64,000 bases of DNA from Bdellovibrionales bacterium (GTDB lineage Bacteria > Pseudomonadota > Alphaproteobacteria > JAIXQD01), in assembly GCA_050248995.1 (NCBI GenBank), contig JBFWRI010000003.1:28619-92618 (forward strand), read 5' to 3'. Within the stretch, counting starts at the first letter, position 1. Each line of letters opens with the position of its first letter. A program made the position numbers and the translations under genes. This document shows positions 8,660 to 16,312 of this stretch, one piece after another. The notes beneath the pieces are model-generated. The model was not told the DNA's origin, made no database searches, and saw only the letters and a list, made by a program, of their open reading frames with translations.

Positions 8660-10107
8660 CACCTGAAACTTTTCTTCGCGATCGCCTTGTACTGCTGGCA
8701 GGCACACCCGCCGCCACAGCCACCGATGTGCGCAACCATGCGCCGCGCGACGTGCTGGAGATGAATGTCAAAAAATCATCGCAGGTCGGCGCCACCAACT
8801 GCGACGCTGCTGTTTTATGCGGAAAAGCCGGCGCTGCCCTGCGTTCGCGCCGGTTTATCGACACCTTTATATATATAGCTCTGCCGTGGGGTTCCGGCTG
8901 GCTGGCCGCCCTGCCCGGCCTGTTGCGTTACGCCCTGCGCGGCGCCCTTAAATATCGCGGTACAATCACGCTGGCCGGTTTTACCCTGCCGGTACCGGTG
9001 TTCGAGAACAAGCGCACGGGTTCGCGCAAGCGTGCCCGTGTTTATGCGCCCAACTGGCCCGCGCTGAAAATCATGCAGATGCTGAACGACACCGACTGCA
9101 TTGCCCTGCGCTGGATTGAAAGCATCGAAGACGGTTCACACACGGGCGATATCGACATTCTGGCCGGCAGCGGCGACTTGCAAACCATCCAGCAGCGTTT
9201 TCGCACGCACGCCGGCACACAGGCAATCGACCTTTATAGTTCGGATGCCAGCGGCGGCTGCGTGTTCAAGGATGTCGCCTACTTCCCGCCCTTCATGGCG
9301 CGGCAGATGCTGGCCACTGCCGTCACGCGGCCCAGCGGCATCAAGGTTGCGAACGACGAATGGCGCTTTGTGTCGTTCTGCTATCATCTGTTGTTCCATA
9401 AATCCGAACAGCTGGCGATCGGTGCCGAGGAATTGACCGAGAAAAGTTTTTCACGCCCTGATTACGTGCGCGAACTGCAAAGGCTGGCAGCCGCAGCCGG
9501 CCAGCCTGCCCCACGCAGCATCACCGACATCGAAAACCTGCTGAAAGCCCGCAACGTATTCCCTGAAATCGACACCATCGGCTTCCTGAGCACCGGCAAC
9601 AGGTTCCTGCAGCATCGCTATTATAATAAAAGCGGCGATTACATGCCGGGTCTGACGGTTTTTCTGGCCCGCGACTTCGGGCTTGAAGGCGATATCACCA
9701 CCGATATCCGCCGCCAGATTGAAAGTGCCGGGTTCAGCATCCTGCATGAACGCCCGGTTGACCCGAACACGCAGCACGCTGTCGTGCACGCCATCCGTGG
9801 CGGCAACTGGTCGGATAGCGTCGCGCCCGGCGGTATCGCACTGCCGCTGCACGCCTATGTTGCATATGACGCGCAGCCGCTGGCAATCAAAGGCGGCGAC
9901 GCCAAGCGTTACCCGCGTCTTGATAACGCGCGTACGCTTTTAAAGAAATCGGTGCGCGAGGGTTACGCCGCACAGGCCGGTGTGCGCAAGGTCAACATCC
10001 TGCATGCCAGCGATAACACTGCCGAAGCCGTCGGCTATGTTGCGGCGCTGGGCGTCGGTGAAATCCCGGCGGTAAAGGAAATCCTTACCCGTTTGCGCAA
10101 GACCTAG
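8656..10107 (+). CDS. hypothetical protein (483 aa), translationally coupled to upstream kinase-like gene
   Basis: Start overlaps the upstream stop (ATGA). No confident domain. GSHTGDIDIL is reminiscent of nucleotidyltransferase motifs but too short to assign. Confidence 0.5.
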   Translation: MTPETFLRDRLVLLAGTPAATATDVRNHAPRDVLEMNVKKSSQVGATNCDAAVLCGKAGAALRSRRFIDTFIYIALPWGSGWLAALPGLLRYALRGALKYRGTITLAGFTLPVPVFENKRTGSRKRARVYAPNWPALKIMQMLNDTDCIALRWIESIEDGSHTGDIDILAGSGDLQTIQQRFRTHAGTQAIDLYSSDASGGCVFKDVAYFPPFMARQMLATAVTRPSGIKVANDEWRFVSFCYHLLFHKSEQLAIGAEELTEKSFSRPDYVRELQRLAAAAGQPAPRSITDIENLLKARNVFPEIDTIGFLSTGNRFLQHRYYNKSGDYMPGLTVFLARDFGLEGDITTDIRRQIESAGFSILHERPVDPNTQHAVVHAIRGGNWSDSVAPGGIALPLHAYVAYDAQPLAIKGGDAKRYPRLDNARTLLKKSVREGYAAQAGVRKVNILHASDNTAEAVGYVAALGVGEIPAVKEILTRLRKT

Positions 10108-10171
10108 ACCTACGCCACCGCTGCCGCTATCCTGTTGGCGGGAGAGTGAGGACGTCGTTAGAGTATAACGA

Positions 10172-11464
10172 ATGTCTCGTGTTGCGTGGCTTTTTCTTGA
10201 TTTGAATTCCTTCTTCGCATCATGCGAACAGCAGGACGATCCCACCTTGCGCGGCAAGCCCGTTGCCGTCGTCCCCTCGCTGACCGACACCACCAGCGTC
10301 ATCGCCGCCAGTTATGCCGCCAAGGCCTTCGGCATCCGCACCGGCACGCGTGTGCGCGAAGCTAAACAGATGTGCCCCGGCCTTATCCTGCGCACCGGGA
10401 ATCACAAACGCTATGTGCAGCACCACAACGCCGTGAAGCGGGCCATTGAAGACGTGCTGCCGATCGAAATGGTGTGCTCGGTTGATGAATTCGCCTGCCG
10501 CCTGATGGGTGACGAGTGTGAGGTGCGCGAAGCGATTGCACTGGCCGAATGCGTCAAGCAATCCATCCGCCAGAAGGCCGGCGAAGCGCTCACCTGCTCA
10601 ATCGGCCTTGCCCCCAATCGCTTTCTTGGCAAGGTCGCTGCCGACATGCAGAAGCCTGACGGCCTGACCGTTATCAGCCTCGATGATATTCCCGGCAAGT
10701 TGCTACGCCTTAAACTGCAGGATTTCCCCGGTATCGGCCCGCGCATGGCGCAACGCCTTATCAACCAGGGCGTCACCACGGTTGAACAGCTCTATGCGGC
10801 CGATATCCCAACCATGCGTGCGCTGTGGGGCGGCATCGAAGGCGAGAAGTTTTACCAGAAACTGCGAGGTGAAGACCCGTTCTACCGCGCAACCGAAACC
10901 GGCAGCTTCAGCCACCAGCACGTTTTAGAGCCGAAGTTCCGCAGCATGGACGGTGTATCCGCTTATGCCCAGCACCTGCTGCTGAAACTGGCCGAACGCC
11001 TGCGCGACCAGCAATATCTGAGCCGTCGCTTAAGTCTTGTCATACGCTACGCCGGCACCTTCCAGCGTGCGCACGCTGAAACGTCGTTCCATGAAACCGC
11101 TGACAGCCTGACATTACTGCGTGCGCTGAAAGACCTGCTGGCACAAATGCCGCGCGGCAAACCTTTCAAGGTGGCCGTCACGGTCAGCGATCTTATTCCT
11201 GCGGCGCGCCGCCAGCTGGACCTGTTCACCGACGAACAGGAAAGCGAACTTTCAACCGCGCTGGACGACATCAACCAGAAGTACGGCCGCGGCACGCTGT
11301 ACTTCGGTGCCACGCAGGCGCTGCAAAAGCACCTGCATGCGCGTATCGCCTTCCAGCGGGTGCCGGATGAACAGGAGTTCGACGCGCGCGACACCACAGA
11401 ACGGGAATTCCAGAAGCACCTGAACCGTATCAGTGCCATTGAAGACCGCCGACGTGGCGGCTAA
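10172..11464 (+). CDS. Y-family DNA polymerase, UmuC-like (translesion synthesis)
   Basis: N-terminus FLDLNSFFASCEQ...GKPVAV matches UmuC ALCDVNAFYASCE...GKPVVV, and SVDEF matches SIDEAF. Catalytic D, D/N and E are present. 430 aa. No umuD-like gene nearby. Confidence 0.8.
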   Translation: MSRVAWLFLDLNSFFASCEQQDDPTLRGKPVAVVPSLTDTTSVIAASYAAKAFGIRTGTRVREAKQMCPGLILRTGNHKRYVQHHNAVKRAIEDVLPIEMVCSVDEFACRLMGDECEVREAIALAECVKQSIRQKAGEALTCSIGLAPNRFLGKVAADMQKPDGLTVISLDDIPGKLLRLKLQDFPGIGPRMAQRLINQGVTTVEQLYAADIPTMRALWGGIEGEKFYQKLRGEDPFYRATETGSFSHQHVLEPKFRSMDGVSAYAQHLLLKLAERLRDQQYLSRRLSLVIRYAGTFQRAHAETSFHETADSLTLLRALKDLLAQMPRGKPFKVAVTVSDLIPAARRQLDLFTDEQESELSTALDDINQKYGRGTLYFGATQALQKHLHARIAFQRVPDEQEFDARDTTEREFQKHLNRISAIEDRRRGG

Positions 11465-11466
11465 GC

Positions 11467-12783
11467 CTATTGCTCGGTCAGTGCATTATCGGTTGCTGTT
11501 CGGATTGGCTTCATCATGTAGGCCAGCACCGTTTTCTCGCCAATCACAATATCACTATCCACTGTCATGCCGGGTATCACTTTGTGCTCCCGCGGATTAT
11601 GACCCGCATAGCCACGTGAGAGTTCAACGCGCGCACGATAATAGTCTTCCAGCGTTGCCTCATCGCGAAAGACACTGGGCGAAATACTTGTAATCGTGCC
11701 AGGGATGCTGCCGAAGCGCACATAGTCGAACGAATCAACTTTCACCTGCACGGTCTGCCCCGTGGTTACCCGGCCAATCTGCCCCGGCGGAATACGGATT
11801 TCCACCACCAGCCTGTCGTCCATAGGTACAATTTCCATTAGCGTCTGACCGGCTGGCACCACGGCGCCGATCGTATTCAGCTTCAGCCCCTTCACATATC
11901 CGGCAACTGGGGCGCGCACATCCAGCCGCGCAACGCGGTCCCGACGCTTCTTGAGCGCTTCGCGCGCTTGGGCCAAATCGGTTTCCGCCCGCTGCAACTC
12001 GCCATACAATGTATCCCGCTGCTGCACGGTCAACGTTGCCAGACGCTGGTGGTACTCCTGCAGTTCGGCGTCGGCCTCGCTGACCTGATGCTTGAGACTA
12101 CCAGCCATACCCTTGCTCGCATTATACTCTTCCTGGCGTTTGATATACATCGTGCGCGCTGCGTAACCCTGTTTGAAAAGCTTTTCATATATGTCACGGT
12201 TTTCAGCCGCCAGCTTCAGGTTGGATTGCGCGACTTCCGATTCCTGCCGCAGCCGGGCCAGCAGGGTTTGTTTCTGGGCAATCTGGTTTTCCAGTACAGT
12301 GCGCTCGGTCTGCAGGGCCTGCTGTGCCGTATTAAACATACGTACCTGTTCATCTGTCTTGAATGCGGGCGCACGGTCTTCAACCAGCGCGCGCAATTTC
12401 TCTGCCTGGAATTCCAGCGCTGCTACCAGCATCTCCTGCTGCCGCATGTCTTCGGTAGTGCCCGCCCCATCCAGCACCACTAGCAATTGGCCTTTCTCGA
12501 CATAGGCGCCCTCTGTCACCGGGATATCCTGGACGATCCCGCCTTCAAGGTGTTGCACCAGCCGTACATAGCCACTGGGAATGATCTCGCCTTTGGTGCG
12601 CACCAGCTCCTTCACCGGCGCCACCGCTGCCCAGCCGACGAACCCGAATGTTGCCAGGCACAGCGTAATAATGGCGGTTCTTACAAGTCGCGACGGGGGT
12701 TCTGCGCCCTGATCCTGCGCTGTTATAAAGGCCTCGATGCTGGCATCGCCAAAAATATCAAGAGGTGTGACATGACGCATGTT
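11467..12783 (-). CDS. type I secretion periplasmic adaptor (HlyD family membrane fusion protein)
   Basis: About 438 aa from MRHVTPLD. One N-terminal TM helix, a long coiled-coil region and a C-terminal beta-barrel-like region typical of HlyD. Last gene of the T1SS operon. Confidence 0.85.
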   Translation of the reverse strand, partial: NMRHVTPLDIFGDASIEAFITAQDQGAEPPSRLVRTAIITLCLATFGFVGWAAVAPVKELVRTKGEIIPSGYVRLVQHLEGGIVQDIPVTEGAYVEKGQLLVVLDGAGTTEDMRQQEMLVAALEFQAEKLRALVEDRAPAFKTDEQVRMFNTAQQALQTERTVLENQIAQKQTLLARLRQESEVAQSNLKLAAENRDIYEKLFKQGYAARTMYIKRQEEYNASKGMAGSLKHQVSEADAELQEYHQRLATLTVQQRDTLYGELQRAETDLAQAREALKKRRDRVARLDVRAPVAGYVKGLKLNTIGAVVPAGQTLMEIVPMDDRLVVEIRIPPGQIGRVTTGQTVQVKVDSFDYVRFGSIPGTITSISPSVFRDEATLEDYYRARVELSRGYAGHNPREHKVIPGMTVDSDIVIGEKTVLAYMMKPIRTATDNALTEQ

Positions 12784-14509
12784 CTTCTCCTGTCTTGGCG
12801 ACAAGCGCCGGCTTACCAATACTGGGCACAACGCCCTGCTTCATCCAGATTACTTTGTCGGCCAGTTGCAGCCAGTTGTTATGGTGGGTAACGAAGATGA
12901 CCGTGCGTTTGCCGCGACATTCATGCAGGAAGTGTCGGAAGTGCGCGCCAGCGTTACTGTTCAATACATGACCCGGCAACTCGTCACATAACACGATCGG
13001 ACGCGCGGCCAGGTAAAGGCGTGCTAGATTTAAGCGGGCGGCCAATGTGTCTGACAATGCGGTGCCCTCTGCTCCCAGCTGCGCATGGATGCCCTGTGGC
13101 AACGCTTCGACAGCGTCCCATGCATCAGCGCGCTGCAGGGCGTCGCGGATATCGGCTTCACTAGCTGCGGCGTTCACCATGCGCAGGTTTTCTGCCAGCG
13201 TTCCGGGCAGGAACTCCGGCTCCTGCGACAGATAGGCAATCTGGCGCCGCAATACGCGGGGATCCAGCTGTCGATGATCTATGCCGTCAAAGCGTACTGT
13301 GCCCATGCCCGGCGTATTCAAGCCCAACAGCAGCCGCACAAGGCTCGACTTGCCGCTGCCATTGCTGCCATAGATGGCCACGATGTCGCCTTTGTTGATG
13401 CGGGCGTTCAGCCCCCAGAATATCGGGTCGGCCCCGGGTGCATAACGCAGCGACACATTCTGAAGCTCGATACCGCCGTGCAGGCGCGCGAAGCCGGGCG
13501 CCGTCGTATGTGCATGACGCTCGGGTGTCAGTGCCATCACCTGCAACACCTGCTGCAACGCCTGACGCACCTGCCCGAAGTGCGGGACAAGGGCACAAAT
13601 CGCCTGCAGCGGATACAGCAGGCGCCAGGTAATGATCATCGTTGCTACCATGGCACCGCCCGTCATTGTGCCACTCCATACACAGTGCAGTGACCAGTTG
13701 ATGATGACAACGCCCGCCACCACCGACAGCAGTGCCGATATATATTGCACGGCTGTTGCCAGCAGATTGTGCCGGCACTGGAGCTGCGTTGCCCGTCGGC
13801 TGATGCTCCGATAACGCTGGACTACCGTATCGGCCATACCAGCCGCATAAATCATCTTCATGTTGTCGATACTTTCCATCAACAGCAATTGCCGCTCAGC
13901 CGCAGCCTGAGTCATCTCGCGTCCCATGCGCTGCCATGTCCCTGCCAGCATCACCAGCAGCAAGCCATAAATGGCCAGCACGCCAAGGCCGACCAGCGCC
14001 ACTGGCCCGGCCAGCAGCCCCAGTACCAATACAAGTATCCCCATATAAGGCACTTCCAAAAGCGTCAGGAACATAGGCCCCGTCAAAAAGTCACGCACGG
14101 ATTCAAACGCGCCGGCGCGGGCCATCTGCGCCGCGACCGGGGCGCGCGCACCTAAGGAAGCAGGCACGAAAAGCAGCCGCCTGAACAATGACTGCCCCAC
14201 ATCACGGTCAAGCCGGACACCCAGCCATGCCACCAGCCGCGAACGTACGGCACGGAGCATGAATTCGGTTAGGAATGCGCACGCCATGCCTGCCACCAGC
14301 ATCGGCAGTGTATCCAGGGCCTGCACGCCAATCACGCGGTCATACACGATCATGCAAAAGACGGGTACGGCCAGCATGAATATATGAACGCCGAGGCTTA
14401 GCAACATCACCGGCATCAGTAGTGGTCGGCAGCGCTCTAGCGTCATGCGCCACCATGTGTCGGCTGCCTGCGGCGGCGACTCAGTTGGTACGACGACTGC
14501 CGCTGTCAC
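12758..14509 (-). CDS. type I secretion ABC transporter half-transporter B (TMD-NBD, no C39 peptidase domain); degenerate signature motif
   Basis: 583 aa. N-terminal 6-TM exporter domain with YDRV motif. Walker A GSNGSGKSS, Walker B IVLCDELPG and H-loop VTHH are intact. The signature position reads ALSDTLAARLNLARL instead of LSGGQRQRIAIAR. Confidence 0.85.
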   Translation of the reverse strand: MTAAVVVPTESPPQAADTWWRMTLERCRPLLMPVMLLSLGVHIFMLAVPVFCMIVYDRVIGVQALDTLPMLVAGMACAFLTEFMLRAVRSRLVAWLGVRLDRDVGQSLFRRLLFVPASLGARAPVAAQMARAGAFESVRDFLTGPMFLTLLEVPYMGILVLVLGLLAGPVALVGLGVLAIYGLLLVMLAGTWQRMGREMTQAAAERQLLLMESIDNMKMIYAAGMADTVVQRYRSISRRATQLQCRHNLLATAVQYISALLSVVAGVVIINWSLHCVWSGTMTGGAMVATMIITWRLLYPLQAICALVPHFGQVRQALQQVLQVMALTPERHAHTTAPGFARLHGGIELQNVSLRYAPGADPIFWGLNARINKGDIVAIYGSNGSGKSSLVRLLLGLNTPGMGTVRFDGIDHRQLDPRVLRRQIAYLSQEPEFLPGTLAENLRMVNAAASEADIRDALQRADAWDAVEALPQGIHAQLGAEGTALSDTLAARLNLARLYLAARPIVLCDELPGHVLNSNAGAHFRHFLHECRGKRTVIFVTHHNNWLQLADKVIWMKQGVVPSIGKPALVAKTGEEHASCHTS

Positions 14510-16230
14510 CGGGCCACCCCATAGCGCAGAGCCGGCTGCGCAACCACACCTGCGTGACGCACAGTCAGCACGCCATGCCGCAGCTCGTAAATACGGTCGG
14601 CCAGCCCGAGGATGTTTTGATCCTCAGTCACCAACACCAGTGTCACGTTGCGCCTAAGACGCATCAGCATACTGAAAACCGAAGCGTAACTGGATCTGTC
14701 CAGCCCCTGGCCGGCATTATCAAACAACCCAGCGCGCGGGCGCTGCAGCAAAACACGCGCGATAGCAATGCGTTGTTTGAGGCCGGGCGATACCGCGTCA
14801 CTAATAGTGTTGTCCAACTGCGTTTCGTACCCGGCCGGCAGCAGCGCCACAGCCGATTCAATACCCAGCGCCGTTGCCAGTAGGCGCACATCAGCGGGTG
14901 GACGATCCTGGAAACCCGTGATGTTGTCCATGATTGTGCCACGCAGGATCAGTCCGCGTGTCGGCAGATAACCGATTGCCTGCGCACGCGCCGTATCAGT
15001 TAGCTGCGATGCATCAACGCCCCCCAGAAGCACGCGTCCGCTGTCGGGCGCATAAAGCCCTGCCATCAGTTCCAGCAGGGCTGTCTTGCCGCACCCGGCC
15101 GGGCCTGTGATAGCAATAGCCTCGCCCGGCATTACCGTCAGCGAAAGCTTGTCAATAACAGGGCTGCAGGCGCCAAACGACAGTTGCGCCTGTTGCAGTT
15201 TCAGCGGCACCGGACCCAGTATCGCGCCGGGCTCAACCCGCCGCGTTTCAAGTTTCATAATCGTGGCAAGCCGCTGGGCCGCCACGTTGATGTCCTGCCA
15301 GCGCAACCACAGGCCAGCTCCGCGCTGAACGTGCTGCAGGATCTGACCCGACAGCATTATCCCAGCCGCCAGCATACCGCCTGTGATCATGCCCTTTACC
15401 GCCAGTACCGCACCAACCCCCATTAACGCCGTTACCATGATCTGGGCGCCCAGATAGCCAAACGTGCCCGACGCGCTTTGCAAACAGGCCAACCGGTAAA
15501 GAACGGGCGCCCCTGCACGCTGCAAGTCATCGTAGCGTTGTGCTACGTCGCTTTCCCAGCACATAGCCTTGATGGTAGGCAGCGCCTGCAAAGCCTGGCT
15601 GGCGAATGTGTGCCGCCTGTCATCATGACGCTCGCGCGCGGCGGTCAGGTCACGCAGAGCACGGCCGTGGCGAACAAACATAAGTATGGCGATGGCAATA
15701 CCGCCGACCGTTACAAAGACCAGAGGGCCGGTCAGGTAGAATGTCAGCACCAGAAACAGGACAGCGAAAGGTATATCGACCAGCAGTGTCGCCGTCATCT
15801 GGCCTCCATAGTATTCTTTGAGACGCTGGACGGCGTTGATATCCTGCACGCGCACAGTGGTTGTCTTGCTGGCCTGGCGACGCGGCTCGATTGCAAGCAG
15901 ATGCGCCAGCGCGGCCGACGACATCGTTTCATCGAACCTAGCGGCCGTTCTGGACGTTACCGTCTGGCGCAACAGACGCAACAGACACTCGGCCAGCGCG
16001 GCAACCAGCACACCCGCGGACAAGATTAGCAGCGTATCGGCGGCACGGCTAATCATCACACGGTCATAAATCTGAATTGTCATCAGCGGCAGCGCCAGGG
16101 CCAGCAGGTTGATGGCAACCGATGATCCCATAACCAGCGCAGCGTGTGGCGTGCGAAGCATCAGGCGGTACGATGACGGGATAAGAGACACCAGATAAAC
16201 CTCAAGTTGTATATGTTGATGACCGTACAA
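14506..16230 (-). CDS. type I secretion ABC transporter half-transporter A (TMD-NBD, no C39 domain); degenerate Walker B/H-loop
   Basis: 574 aa. Walker A GPAGCGKTA. Near-consensus signature VSPGLKQRIAIARVLL. Walker B position GLFDNAG (catalytic Glu -> Asn). H-loop position VTED (His -> Glu). 4-nt overlap with the downstream ABC gene. Start uncertain: TTG at 16230 or ATG at 16161. Confidence 0.8.
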   Translation of the reverse strand: MYGHQHIQLEVYLVSLIPSSYRLMLRTPHAALVMGSSVAINLLALALPLMTIQIYDRVMISRAADTLLILSAGVLVAALAECLLRLLRQTVTSRTAARFDETMSSAALAHLLAIEPRRQASKTTTVRVQDINAVQRLKEYYGGQMTATLLVDIPFAVLFLVLTFYLTGPLVFVTVGGIAIAILMFVRHGRALRDLTAARERHDDRRHTFASQALQALPTIKAMCWESDVAQRYDDLQRAGAPVLYRLACLQSASGTFGYLGAQIMVTALMGVGAVLAVKGMITGGMLAAGIMLSGQILQHVQRGAGLWLRWQDINVAAQRLATIMKLETRRVEPGAILGPVPLKLQQAQLSFGACSPVIDKLSLTVMPGEAIAITGPAGCGKTALLELMAGLYAPDSGRVLLGGVDASQLTDTARAQAIGYLPTRGLILRGTIMDNITGFQDRPPADVRLLATALGIESAVALLPAGYETQLDNTISDAVSPGLKQRIAIARVLLQRPRAGLFDNAGQGLDRSSYASVFSMLMRLRRNVTLVLVTEDQNILGLADRIYELRHGVLTVRHAGVVAQPALRYGVAR

Positions 16231-16312
16231 CCCAAAGTTTAATCAAAAATGACTTCCTCCTACGCCTGTAACCGCACCGCCTGTACATATTTACAGCGAT
16301 ATGCGCGTCGCT

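Noticed and set aside
10108-10171. Looked for a LexA/SOS box upstream of the UmuC-like polymerase
   Set aside because: No GTTC-N7-GTTC or CTGT-N8-ACAG-like motif present. Only a weak partial palindrome (GTTAGAGTATAAC).
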